The translations under genes and the position numbers were made by a program. A DNA stretch of 63,826 nucleotides, the filler included, from Octopus bimaculoides (taxonomy: Eukaryota), in assembly GCF_001194135.2 (NCBI RefSeq). It is 6 parts of 5 records of this genome, joined end to end, with 100 filler letters (N's around TTAATTAATTAA, not from the genome) between each part and the next. Parts side by side here need not be neighbours in the genome. Positions count along the whole stretch, not along the records: positions 20,882 to 39,078 come from NC_068981.1; 5 more parts are not named here. One strand, given 5' to 3'. Positions 24,478 to 37,782 of the stretch are shown piece by piece. The notes below the pieces were generated by a model that saw only the letters and a program-made list of their open reading frames with translations, did not search any database and was not told the origin of the DNA. Numbering within the stretch: the first letter of the stretch is position 1; every line of letters starts with the position of its first letter.

Positions 24478-24622
24478 ATGACAGGCTCTTTCAGTTTCTG
24501 TTTACCAAATCCACTCACAAGGCTTGTCAGCCTGAGGCTATAGTAGAGGACACTTGCCCAAGGTACCATGCAGTGGGACTGAACCCAAAACCATGTGGTT
24601 GGTAAGCAAGCTACTTGCCACA
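24478..24622 (-). mobile_element. SINE family A, 5' half (partner of 22845-23019)
   Basis: Family A head and CORE-like segment in the same orientation as the 3' half, CpG-decayed. Confidence 0.85.
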
Positions 24623-27050
24623 AACAAATTTGTGCTGGTTGTTCTGCAAAAGCTGAGTACTCATATGTTATCTTTGATGGGAGAGTCCATCAGTTCAGTA
24701 ATTATTATCTAACATCAGTCCAGAAGAATTTTTGTCTAGTGTTCTACATGCCTTTTCTGACAGTCATTTCCTGAATAAGTTGTAATAAAATAAATTTAAA
24801 AAAAAAGACAAAAGGCAAAAATCATAAAATTGAAATTTCACAACTCTGTTGGCCATCAAAGAGCAACCATTTTTACAAGTTATTTAACAAGTAACGCAAC
24901 ACTTCTTACATATCAGCTGTTGCGTAAGTTATTTAGTGTTTAGAATTTGATACCAAGTAAGGCTGGCAAAAAAAACAAAAAAACTACAACAGCAACAAAA
25001 TAATAATGAAAATTAAAAAAGAAAAACCCAAAAGTGAAGCCTTATAAATATATATTAGAAGAACAATAAATTTGAATCAACCTGCTGATATGCTGAAAGG
25101 GCTCATTAAGAACAAGCCAACATTTATTTATAGACTATATTTTCCTCTTTTAAAAACAGAGTTAGCTGAGGACTGAATTCATATGTAACAAACTGAACAT
25201 TTCAAACTGTAATAATGTGCTAATTTAATTTCAAATATGAAAAAATATTCTCTCTCTATTTATCAATTTTTTTTTTTTTTTTCCTTTTTAAGATTGACAA
25301 AGAAACATTCATCAACCCAAGATTTTCTTCACATTCTTTTTGTTATGAATTTCTATCAAAAAAATATAATTTATTTTTTCCAAAGATATGTGATTTTTAG
25401 AGCAGAGATTGCCTATCCTCTCCATCTTTCTCATCTCTATATTTGATAGTTGTCTTTCTCATTTGCTTTTTGTTTTGTTTTGTAGTCAGTTTTCTTCCCC
25501 CCCCCCTTTTTTTTCCTTAATTATTTGAAAGTAAGAAATAGTAATAAGATAAACAAATAAAATAAGAAAATTGTATAGAGGGGGAAAAAAGGCAGTAAAA
25601 TATATGTATTCCTAAAATTTAATTCCAGTCCACAAAAGAAAAAAATTAATAAAATGAAACAAATATCATCTATAGATATTAATTCTATTGTTATTAAGCA
25701 TCTCTGTCGGTGTATATTGCCTTTACACACACAGACACACACGCGTGCACACACACACATGTATGTGAGTGTGAATTTGCCTGAATCTAAATATATTTCA
25801 TTTGTCTATGTATTTAAATAAAATAGGTCTGATGTGAAGATAGTCTATTGTTTGACTGACATTTTGCTATGTTTTGTAGCTCCAGTTGTCTTTAGCTACA
25901 ACTAAATTCAAATAATTTTTTAAAATATAATCTTGCCATAGCAGTGTTGAAGATTTTTATCACATTTGAATACTGTTTTTTTCTTCCTCCTTTTGTGGTG
26001 AATTGGCTCAGTTTAAGAATTAGAGAGATTGTTATTTAGTGATTTAGATAATATAGTGAAGAATAAACCTTCATATTAGAAGTTCAAATGTTGCCATTAA
26101 GCATGGTGCTCTGTGACATTATGCAGAATGTGTTACTTGCTTTAATCAACCTAATTGAAACTGGATATTCCATCTTTACAGATAAGTGTTTGGTGCTGGG
26201 ATTGGCATCCAGCAGTAAATACTTTCTGCTGTAATTCATGCAGATATTTAACTTTCATTCAAACTGTTCTTGTGTAGAAAATAATGGGGGTTGAACCAAG
26301 ATAATGACAAACAATTATATCGCTATCTATGTATCATAAAAGGCATGATGCTGTAAAATTGTCTGAGATAAAATCTCTTCACAGCTTTGTTGTATTAAAA
26401 ACATAGTGTATATTGGAGTGAGATTAAACATCATCACTGCACTGGCTCACAAGAATACCAGATACATTTTATCTTTCCCAAGGCTTGTTAATGCTATTTA
26501 CCTGATAGTCACCAGCTTAAACGAAATTCATGCTTCAATATATGGAAAACATGAATAAAACATTCTTTGGTAATGCAGAAACTTTCATTGAGGCAGGTGA
26601 CAATCAAGTGTAACAGCATGATAAGTCTTGAGAAAGGCAAAACTCCCCTGTTATTCTCACAAGTCACTGCATTTCAGACACTTCCATAATTTCATGTCTT
26701 CTAATGCTGTATATACATTTAGTATGATATACAGATGATGATTTTAATTTTATACTGAGTTTTTCTTCAGCTCAGTAAGCTTCCACAATACTAGTGAATG
26801 TTTTATTCACTGTTTCCTATACATCAATTCATGACATTCACTGAAGCAAGTGACAACCAAATGCACAGCATTGACAAGCCTCAAGAAAGGTTAAATGCAT
26901 TTGTTGTCTTCATGAGTCACTTCAGTGATGATATTTCTCTTATTTCAGTATATGCTGTGTGTTTTAACACAACACAAGTTTATGAAGAGACTTTAATCTC
27001 AGATGATGTCACAGATTCGTTCATGCTTTCCAAAATGTGTACACATTTCA

Positions 27051-27265
27051 AAGTGACAAGCTGGCAGAATTGTTAGCCTGCTGAGCAAAATGCTTAGCAG
27101 GATTTTGTCTGTCTTTATCTTCTGAGTTCAAATTTCACCGAGGTCAACTTTGCCTTTCATCCTTTCGGGGTCAATAAAATAAGTAGTAGTTCAGCACTGA
27201 GATCAGTGTAATCGACTTGCTCTCTCTCGAGAAATTGCTGGCCTTGTGCCAAAATTTGAAATCAA
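27051..27265 (+). mobile_element. SINE family B
   Basis: AAGCTGGCAGAATTGTTAGC..GAGTTCAAATTTC..GCCTTTCATCCTTTCGGGGTCAATAAAATAAGTA. Confidence 0.88.
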
Positions 27266-27815
27266 TATGTGTATAAATTTAGTATGGGATACATATGGCA
27301 ATTATAATCTAATGTGCTCTGAATAATGTGTATTGACGTCGTGACGTGTGTGTGTATGTGTGTATGGATGGATGGATCTCCATCAGTTGCAATGATGATA
27401 ATGCAGTTGTTCAATCAAATAGATGACCAGCTCATTGAATTATCATTTAAGTGGTTGAGCATTCCATAGATACATGTACTCTTTGTGTAATTCTCTGATA
27501 GAATCAGCATAAACCATATATATAACAAGGCTGTACCTTTAAATTATTGGTACAAACCATTTTATAGGCTTCTATAGTTTTCACTTAACCAAATTCATTT
27601 ACCAGGTTGAGCATACCAAAAATAGAATTTGTCCAAGATGCCAAGGAATGGTGCTAAACCTAAGACCTTGTGGTTACAAAGCAAACTTCTTAGCCATTTG
27701 TCCATTGTCTGCATGTGCACACATTTAAAAAATGGTTTTGCAAAGAATTCTTGATACAGTCACAATATTTAAAGAAAGATTTTCTTAAATTAAGAATTAT
27801 TAATTGCATTATTAT

Positions 27816-28184
27816 ATACTTAATGTATATGCTTTGTGTATTTTCCGGTGGCTGCAGTACATATGGAGGACATATACATATGTATATGTATATGGAGTAC
27901 ATATACATATACTCCAATGTATATGTATACATTGGAGTATGCATATACTGCAATGTATATACACTTTGGAGTATATACATTCTCAAAGCGTCAGGTGTTA
28001 AAACATCTCAGAGTTATGGACAGGTGAGGTAACTCACCTTCAGTCCCATTTCGGAGTGATTGAAGATGAGTTACCTCGCCTGGCCATGACTCTGAAGTGT
28101 TTTAACACCTAGCGCTTTGAGAATGTATATACTCCCATGCTATTGCAGCCACTGGAAAATACACGAAGCATATACATTAAGTAT
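27816..28184. mobile_element. 369-bp fold-back (MITE-like) element
   Basis: Outer arms 27816-27859/28141-28184 (44 bp) and inner arms 27968-28045/28058-28135 (78 bp) are reverse complements with scattered mismatches. The loop is 12 nt. Confidence 0.85.
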
Positions 28185-28240
28185 CTGTGGTTAATAGTAT
28201 TTATTATACTAGAGCTGCTTTTATTTTATATGTAAATATT

Positions 28241-28274
<34 letters not shown>

Positions 28275-28961
28275 AAAACCCCAGAATGACATGTTTCTGA
28301 AAGGAAGATTTTGTATTGTAAGTGCTTTTGCTGTTAAGTTTATCAAACTCATGTTTTGGGAAAATTGTAAACATCTAAAGCGCTTGCATACAATATGAAA
28401 ACCTCCTTCCATAAAACTTATCATTTTTTGTTTTAGATTTTTGTTATATAGTTAATGATTTTTAAATCAAGAAACTCTTTCTTTAAATGCATATCCTTTA
28501 TTTTCCATATGCCACCAGAAGTGTAGAGTTGTGTCGGTACAACAATGTAAATTAATGTAACAGTAGCAAAAATAATACTATATTCTTTACAAAATCTGTG
28601 AGGCTACAGGTTTGTTAAATGGACAGTAATTCAAACAGGGATTAATATATATCAGGTTTCAGATAACAATGTTTATAAAAGAAAGGTTTAAATAAGTATA
28701 TTTGTATTGTCAGTTGAGCATTTAATGTGTTGTAGAAAATGTATCATAAACAGTGTTCGGCAATTTTAATTCTTGAATGTCACACTGGTTAGAATGGATA
28801 ATTTCTGCCCCTCCTCCCCAGCCATTTATTACATCAGCCCTACACTCTTACAACCTACCCAAACACATTGTTACCCACTCTCCCTTTCATCTATCATCTA
28901 TCTGTCTTTCTTTGTGTACTGTACCATCATTATTATTATTATTATTATTATTATCATCATC

Positions 28962-29408
28962 AAGGCGGAAAGCTGGCAGAATTGTTAGCACGCTGGATAA
29001 AATGCTTTGTGGTATTTTGCCCATTCCTACACTATGAATTTAAATTCTGCCAAAGTTGACTTTACCTTTCATCCTTTCAGGGCTGATAAAAGAAGTACCA
29101 GTTAAACACTGGAGTCGACATAATCAATTCATCCCCTCCCTCATAATTGCTGCCCTTGTGGCAGAATTTGAAACCATTATTAATTATTATCATCAAGACG
29201 ATGAGCTGGCAGAATCGTTAGCACATCGGACAAAATGCTTAGCAGTATTTTGCCTGTCATTACATTCTGAGTTCAAATTCCACCGAGGTCGACTTTGCTT
29301 TTCATCTTTTCAGGGTGGACAAGTTAAGCACCAGTGAAACACTGCGGTCGATGTGATCAACTTACCCCTTCCCCACAAATTTCAGACCTTGTGCCTATAG
29401 TAGAAAGG

Positions 29409-29463
<55 letters not shown>
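28962..29463 (+). mobile_element. Two tandem SINE family B copies joined and flanked by (ATT)n
   Basis: Copies at 28962-29176 and 29195-29408. (ATT)n at about 28929-28953 and 29409-29463. Confidence 0.9.
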
Positions 29464-29464
<1 letters not shown>

Positions 29465-30229
29465 GCTGCTGCTCTACACTACTCTACGTCCTTTTCTGCA
29501 CTGTCAATTATCTCCTTTTCCCTACCTTTTTTCAACTCGTGTATCATTGGTCATTCTTCAACCCTACACAATTTCCACAGTTGTCACCTACTTTTCCTAC
29601 CCACCTACTTATACTTGCTCTTCATAATATTCAACCTCCCACCCATGAGTATAGCCTCTTCTTCCAGATTAAACTGCAAAAAAAAAGAAACAAGAAAGAA
29701 AAATCTTCAATTAAATATATGTATTTCAAATTTTGTGTATACTAGAGAAAAATTGCTAATCCTAACAAATAACATAAAAAATATATTATTTTACCCTTCA
29801 CAATTTATAATGAAAAATTATGAAAACTGAAAATAAATAAATATCCTTCTATGAAAAACAAGTTATAAAAATGTTCAGTTCATTAATTTTTTTATTTTAC
29901 TTTTGTATTTTTTTACTTTTTTGTTTACATAACATTTTATGTGGTCTCCTTGAGAAACAAGTTCTATTTCTGACATTAACAGCTAGTTGGTGTTTTGTTA
30001 TCAATGCCATTACTTGTAATTTAACTCTTTAGAAATTATTGGCTACTTGCTTGAATGTGGATGGCTCTAACATTATTTATCTTATAATGCCAATGTTTTT
30101 GGTACTGCCTTTGTGAGATTATATACAGATTTTTGGTAATAGAATCTGCATGTGTGTGTGCATACGTGTGGTGTACATGGATATGCATGCGTGAGAGAGA
30201 GAGCATATGTGTGTGTTTGAGAGAGTCAT

Positions 30230-30261
<32 letters not shown>

Positions 30262-32007
30262 ACAAATAGTTATAAGTGTTTGTGTATTTTGAATTCAAAG
30301 CCTGAAAACAAAATATCTGTGCGTCTATAAAGATTTTTTTTTAAAAAAAAGTCATTTTGAAACATATCAGCTTCTTTAACTTAATATATATGATACGATC
30401 ATTAAAACAATTTGTATTTTTATAATTAAGATATTTTTGCTATTGTTAGTTTGTTGTGGCCTGGTTGAATTTCAAGATACAAAGCAATTTATCAAGATAT
30501 AACTTGTGAGATGCATCACTCTCCTGTTGCTGATAACAATGGTAATGGTGGTGGTTGTTATTCACAGAGATAACAGATTTTTTTTCCTTCTATCTCTATA
30601 AATAGGAGAATATGCAGACATCTAACAACTTAACGAATTTTCGAGTATTACACTTGATCTATCACCGTTTAATACTGCCATTTTTATGTAATTCTTGGGT
30701 GCCTCCAGTGGAGTCTATTCTGTTACAAGTATTCAGGCAAGGTCTGGTTTGAGGATAGCTTCCTGTTTCTCTCTCAACAGTCTTGCAAACCCTGATAAGG
30801 AGTTATGGGCACTCGTCCTCTTCATTAGAAACAGTAGAAAATCTACAAAAAGTACAGATGTTCTGGTTAGACATCAGTGGAATCAATCTCACATATCTGA
30901 AAGATTTTGTAAGGTCCTCTGCATGGCCCTTTTATCCCTGAGTAACTTTAAAAAAAAGCAAGACATCATAAACTGCCCTCACTACAGAATGTTAGTTATT
31001 GTTCCCTTGACATCAATCTATGAAAATTTTACTATAAACTAACAAATCACCCTTTCTTTCGCCATATCTGTGTCACACACACTCAAACACAAGTTTGGCA
31101 CTACCCCTCCTCTGTAAGGCCTACACCTGCACAACTGTAGGTAGATCACATTCCCTGCAGGGGTAATCTCAGGGACCGCCCAGCTTCTTGACAGGTGGGT
31201 TGAGTACTCTATGCTCCTCCCTCTTGTGGCCACAATTGAGATTTAGCAATTTTCTCTTTTGTTCAATCATTAGTTCGTTTGTTAGTTCTTCTTTAAATTA
31301 ACATTTACGACTTGGTATTTAAATCTTGTTTACCTTTTTTCTCATATCTTACAACCCACTGAATTATATATTCCCATACTACTCTCAACATTCTGTTCTT
31401 TCATGTGAACCTCACTTCTCTATTTCAGTCCATTCTCAAACATTTTTCATGAACATTTCCAACTAATTATGAATAAATCTGTTCAGCTATTCATAACTAT
31501 CTGTCATTTATTTAATCAATAATATTACTTTATTACAATACTCCACTAATAAATGTAATTTAACTGAATTTTTATACTGCTTTATTTCTTTTCCTCTAAG
31601 CCTACATGTATTAAGTGTGTAATGTGTGTTAATTAGTTATATTTTAAATTGATAATTTGTTAATTAAAATGTCATGAAAACAAGCTTGACATTAAACATC
31701 TTTCAAAACTTTTGTTAAAAAGCAAAAATTGTTTCTATTTCCTTCTTTGCATGTATCTGATATGTTTGTCAATTCAAAGATTAATTGTATTTATTCTTTC
31801 TCTGAAATTCTAGCATTGTGTACTTTTTAAACTAATCTATTATATTGTTTAGTTAGTTCTAATCACCAGCTAAGTTACAAATATTTTTTTAATTCTATTT
31901 TTCTAGGTGAGTCATTTATAATCTACCATGTATTTTGCTGTTGATAAGGAAAATGTACATTGATTCAAACTTTTCCACCATAATAGAAGGTAAATGTTCC
32001 TTTTTTT

Positions 32008-32069
<62 letters not shown>

Positions 32070-33757
32070 TTTTAGTTGTTCTAAAAAAAAATTTTTTAGC
32101 AATCCAGTTGATAATCATAAATATGACTATATGACTTTCAAAGATTTACACTGTTGAATACCCAATACTGGGTTTAGTCTAGCCAATTCTGACTATTATT
32201 AAAAAGAGCCGGATCAAAGGAGTGCATACAAAGAATGCACTAGAATTCTATAATTAATTTTTCTTCTTTTCCTTTGAGATATTTTAGTTGAAATCTTTTA
32301 TGCTTCTTGAACATTAACAAACTGTTGTTCATTACTTACTAAATTGATTTTTTTTTCCTTTTCCATCTTTTTGATTCCTTTCTTTTTCACTCTTATTTAT
32401 TCTTATTCATGAATTGGGTTATTTTTTTGTTTTACTTTTTTGAGAAGAGAAATATTCTTTATCAGAATTATAATCTCTCTCTACATATATTTAGATACTT
32501 CATTTTTGTTTACTAAATATTACACTGCATAATATGTACCAATTATGCCTTTGATACCTACATGGATTTGCAGGATAACTAAGACCAGTGAATAACTGTT
32601 TTACTCTTTATCGACTGTTGAGTTAACTAACTGAATTACCTAGAATTTTTCCAAGTGATCTATTTAGCCAAAGAGGTGCTTCTAAATTAACTTTCCATGA
32701 TCTATTTGACCCCCTCTGCATTACTTAAATTCATAGATACATTTTGGCCAGTATTGGCCCAGGTCATGACTAGCTAAATAGTACTACCTAAAGAAGATAT
32801 TTAATCATATTTCCTGTCACAGTCATACTTTGGACATTGTTACCTGTTTGAATGTTTACAGGTATTGATGGTTTATCTAAATTTGTTGGAGGAATTTGTC
32901 CAGGAACCACTTGAATATTATGGGATTCTTTTCTTCCCTTGCATGTCATAGCATGCATGATGCTAAAGGGAACAGAGCCTATTGGTTGGAATGATTTATT
33001 TAAAGGTTAAAACAATGTTCTTGAGCAAAAATAGGTAATTTAACAGTTGTCTGAATTTGTTCAAAAATACAATGTTTTTCCCCTTTGTTGAGACTACTTT
33101 ATTTAAAAAACAAAATTGTATTTAAGAAATAAAAATAAAATTGTAAATACTTCTCATATTTGCTGACTTACTTCAGGTAAATTTGGAGACAGTGAAGCAT
33201 TTGACTTGTATGACTCAATATAATACAGCTATCCTACAAATGTGTGTGTGTATATAGAGAGATAGACGAGGGAGAGAACAGAAAGAGACAGCGATGTGAA
33301 TCTGAGTTTTAGGATGCAATATTAATCTACTGAAGACAAGAATAACAGTCATGTCATTGCCATTACAACCAGTTAACTATGGAAATTCTATAGTAAAATT
33401 GTCCCAACATATACTATCACAGTTATCACATAGGTATAACCTTTCACCAGCCTTGGTGGTGGTAAACTACACAGCAGAATGCCAAACTGGATGCTTTAAC
33501 ATAATTAGTTTGATACATCACTGTTTTAAGACTGAAATTCTAGCTGAGTTGTCTCTGCTTTTATCATTCTAAAGTCAAATTACTTGATCTTCTGCAAAAT
33601 TGCATTGTATGCCCTGAAAGGAAATCAATATCACAAAATAATAACTAAATTTATAGTTTGGTGTTGTTTAATCCAAGGTTACTCTGATCAAGTAGACTTA
33701 ATCTTAATCAAAGATGTTCCAACTATGACCATCACAACATTTTGTATATCTATTATT

Positions 33758-33880
33758 TACATTATTTACAGTTGATGGATATTTGTCCTTATCTTGTTTG
33801 TTGTTAACAGTAAAGATGACAAATATCCGTCAACTGTAAATAATGTACATAATTCCTCATCTCTTAAATATAGAACTGTA
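33758..33880 (+). mobile_element. 3' tail of the tRNA-hammerhead element (HH family 1) with a fold-back 5' end
   Basis: GACAAATATCCGTC..TAAATAATGTACATAATTCCTCATCTCTTAAATATAGAAC matches the ends of 38871-39078 and 43072-43396. A 30-bp inverted repeat lies at 33758-33787/33818-33847. Confidence 0.8.
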
Positions 33881-34222
33881 TTTTGTATACCATTAACTGC
33901 CATTGTCCAATGTTTTCTCATTTATTATTTCAGATAGCAGAGTGTGAATCTAAGTAGATTCAGCTATTATTTCTAGCAAGTCAAATGACCATGTTGACTT
34001 GATTCATCATCTTGTTTAACACTACCACCTGATCCTTTGGTAGCTTTAGTGACATCCACTTCTTTTTAAGTATTCAGGCCAGGGCTTTGACTTGAGAATA
34101 CCTTATTGTTTTCCTCCCAGCAGCCTTGGAGACCCTGAAAAAGGTTATGACCATTGTCCTGTCTCTTGATTGAGGAATTAAAAAAAAACAAAAGGACAAA
34201 ATATAAAGTTACTCTTATTGCA

Positions 34223-34624
34223 GGTGCAGGCATGGCTGCGTGGTACGAAGTGTTCTTCCCAACCACATGGTTCTGGTTCAGTCCCACTGCATGGCACCTT
34301 GGGCAAGTGTTTTTTACTATAGCCTCAGGTTAACCAAAGCCTTGTGAGTGGATTTGGTAGACAGAAGCTGAAAGAAGCCCGGTGTGTGTGTGTGTGTCTG
34401 TGTCTGTGTGTGTGCGTGCCTGTTTGTCCCTCCACCATTGCTTGACAACCAATGCTGGTGTGTTTAGGTCCCCATATCTTAGCGGTTTGGCAAATGAGAC
34501 TGATAAAATAAGCATAGGATTACAAAGAATAAGTCTTGGGGTCGATTTCTTCGACTAAAACCCTTTAAGGTGGTGCTCCAGCATGACTGCAGTCAAATGA
34601 CTGAAACAAGTAAAAGAATAAAAG
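34223..34624 (+). mobile_element. SINE family A (full length), largely CpG-decayed
   Basis: Head, GGCACCTTGGGCAAGTG, internal (TG)n and tail are all present. Confidence 0.9.
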
Positions 34625-34924
34625 AATTGGCTTGTAGTCTAATGTTTTGTTGTGTATGGCCATGTCATGTTGAATGTAATGGCTCTTGTTCAGTAACCAA
34701 AGTTAAGCAACATCAAGTCTAGTAAATAATATTTAGATAGGTGACTGCTTGATAATCCTAGATGCTGTGGGTCTCACCTTTTACTTGTATTACACCTTAG
34801 GACTATACAATAAGGTCTACCAATTCAGTACTGCAGTCAATGGTACTGACTAACCTCACTCACTCAAATCTATTGGCTTTGTGTCTGAATTAGAAAACAT
34901 TATTATTATTATTATTGAATAAAG

Positions 34925-35140
34925 GAAAGGCAGCAAGTTGGTGGAATTGTTACCATGCCTGAAAAAAATTGTTAGCAGCAGCAGTTCTTCAGTTCTTTGC
35001 ATTCTGGGTTCAAATGTTGTCAAAGTTGACTTTGCTTTTCATCCTTTTGGAATCAATAAAATATGTATTTGAGTACTGGGGTTAATATAATCAACTCTCC
35101 CCCTCTCCAGAATTACTTGCTTTGTGCCAAAATTAGAAAA
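34925..35140 (+). mobile_element. SINE family B, diverged
   Basis: GGGTTCAAATG..GTTGACTTTGCTTTTCATCCTTTTGGAATCAATAAAA. Preceded by (ATT)n. Confidence 0.75.
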
Positions 35141-36448
35141 AATTATTACATAATGGAGAAGGGCAACAGTGAAAAATTCCAAGTACACAAGTTCTATTTG
35201 TTACTTAGAGTTCAACAAGAACAGAATGAATGTCTTTTTCTTTTAAATAATCAAATAATTATATCTTGACCTTCTGACCTTACTAAATCATTGAAAATAA
35301 GGAAAACAAAATAAATATCAACTGAACTACCTGCTCATTGAAGTAGCTTGTAAGTGGCTGAGTTTCTCACTGACACATCTACACTGAATGTAATTTATAG
35401 GCAGAATCAGCCTGATTAAATGTATGACAAGGACAAATTTTTTGAATCTCAGGCACAGTCCATTTGATGGACGTTCACACAGAGCCATTTTAGCATTAAA
35501 GGCCCCCAGGCAAATCAATGAACTAGGCCCTAAATTATATATTGACACTAAGCCACAACTTGCATAGATTAGAATTAGGCCCCTGAACAACTGCCAGTGT
35601 GCCCATGCCTTAAGATAACACTGCATCCACACAGTTTCTGCCTCCTCACTTTCATTCACAAAACTTAGATTGATTGGTAAAAGACATTTGACCAAGATGC
35701 TGCCACACAATAAGATTGAACCTGGGTTAGTGAGATTGTGAAGTAATTTTTTTAAACATTTGGCCGTGCAGTATATTTCACATGGTTATATTTCACCATG
35801 TAAAATATAACCAGAAAAAATATGGTTTTATTTGAAAAAACAAAAATAGATCACACAAATATTTTTAAAAAGTGATATTTGAACATCATATGATTATTTG
35901 ATTGCTTACAGAAGTTGACCATGCATAGTCCACTCCAGTGTAAATAATTACCAAAATGAAAAAGAAAAAAATCTACTTACAATATCAGGCTTTAAAATCT
36001 ATTGGGATTAATTTAATCATTCATTGCTCTGTTGATAAAAATGATAGAGAAAAGTGAAAGTGATTTTCTAAATGTAAAACAAGAAACTCTGGTTTATTCA
36101 ATTTTTCAACCATAAACTACAGAAACTTTTATCAATTTCATTCTGCCAATATTAAAAAGTAAGTGCTGTTCTTTAACTTAATATCTACTGTGACATATTT
36201 ATTCAATTTCAGAATAAAATAGAATATTTTTATGGCAGCTGTGTTGTAATGTTTTGTCTTCAGTTAGTTGGTGGCTAGATTAGTGATCATTCATTCAATT
36301 TTTGTGATTCACTCAGCACATTATTTGGGAGGAGAATGTCTGCAGAAATTGTGTGTAAGGAACATCTGGAGCATTGTAAATCATTAAATAATTTAAACTT
36401 GACTTGAATCTTTTATCATCATCATCATCATCATCAGTATCATCATTG

Positions 36449-36655
36449 TAGTGAGCTGGCAAAATTGTTAGTGCAGCAGACAAAATATTTAGCAGCGTTT
36501 GTTCTAGATCTTTACTTTCTGAGTTCAAATGCCACAAAGATCAACTATGCCTTTCATCACTGAATGGATGAAAGACATAGTCAAGTATTGTTGTCAATGC
36601 AATAGGCTTAAACTGTCATTTCAAAATTGCTAGCTTTGTGCCTATAGTAAAAAGA
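36449..36655 (+). mobile_element. SINE family B, diverged
   Basis: GAGCTGGCAAAATTGTTAG..GAGTTCAAATG..TGCCTTTCATC. Confidence 0.75.
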
Positions 36656-36679
36656 ATTATCATTATTATCATTATTATT

Positions 36680-37372
36680 CCTTTGTAATACAGTGTAGGT
36701 AAAAATGCACCAGAGTCTTTAGTCATCTGTCAAGTCGCAACAAGGACCTCAGACAGATAATACTTTCTTTAAGATGTGTGCTGTACCCAATAAGGCTGCT
36801 TTTTGCAAGACATCAATTTTGCATGGGATTTCCACAGCCATCTTTTTTCTCTGTCTGTCTTATCTTCAACATCCCTTTGAAATTGACCATGCATTCTTTT
36901 CTTTACCCACCTATTTTCAGTTTCATTCGTTTTCAATTTCTTGTACAGTGCTTTATCTTTACAATCTTTCATCCTACACAAGACTGACCTTCCTACTTCT
37001 AATAATAGCAGTCTTGTGGCATTTTTTTACATACTATGCTATGTTGTTTTCTTCTGCTCTAATGCTGTGTTCACATCCAGTAAGTCCTCTTCCTCCTCTT
37101 TTTCTTGATACATACAGTCTGTCTGTGTCACTTTTTGGGTGGAGTGACCCATATCTAGTTAGCAACTTCCTTGTCTTTCTGTCTAAGCAGTTTAGCTCAT
37201 CTACTGTCCATGCGATTACCCCTGCTCCAGATCTAAGGAGTGAAACCACCCAGGTGTTGATAGCTTTGATCTTAATCCATCCATTTAATTTTGACTTAAG
37301 GATCAGTCTCAGTCTGCGCAAGTACTCCACCTTAAATTTTTCTGTCATTTCTTTCTCCATCAATTTATACAT
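36680..37372 (-). mobile_element. R4/Dong-type (RLE) LINE 3' fragment with internal deletion, in (TAA)n
   Basis: LKSKLNG..IKAINTWVV..LDRKTRKLLT..LHPKSDTDRLYVSRKRGGRGL, then HGQF, then C-terminal LQKAALLGTAHILKKVLS at 36755-36809. Flanked by (ATT)n on both sides. Confidence 0.85.
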
Positions 37373-37399
37373 TTATTATTATTATTATTATTATTATTA

Positions 37400-37560
37400 T
37401 CTTCTGGTTTTACATTCTAAGTTGAAATTCTGTCGTGGTTGACTTTGCCTTTCATCTTTTTGGTGTTGCTAAAATAAGAACCAGCTGAATACTGGGGTCA
37501 GTATAATTGTCTATCCCGGCTTCCTCTAAAATTCTTAGCCTTGTGCCAAAATTTGCAAGA
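37400..37560 (+). mobile_element. SINE family B, 5'-truncated
   Basis: TTCTAAGTTGAAATTC..GACTTTGCCTTTCATC..CCTTGTGCCAAAATTTG. Confidence 0.7.
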
Positions 37561-37782
37561 ATTCTTTTTCTTATTAGTTAGACAGATGACATAGTAGCCT
37601 GTTAGACTAAATATATTTAATTTAACCTCTACATTTGAATCCAGGTTTTGAATTCTGTTTGGTTTGACATTCTCTTTACCATTTCTTGATGAAAGAATAA
37701 TAAATTAACTGAGATAATGAAATGAACTACACCTGCCCATTAAATAATGATCAATTTCGTACCAAAGTTAAATATTATTACA

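Noticed and set aside
26560-26950. Two diverged copies of a roughly 100-bp sequence 250 bp apart, and the 92-aa ORF at 26798-27076
   Set aside because: Looks like an old decayed repeat. The ORF ends inside a SINE head and resembles no protein I recognise.
30600-31240. Possible decayed RLE-type LINE on the minus strand (VRAVYDVL, HWRH and KPDL..ILVTE fragments)
   Set aside because: Two of the motifs overlap in different frames and the spacing does not fit, so I cannot support a call without a profile search. The segment is still higher-complexity than its flanks.
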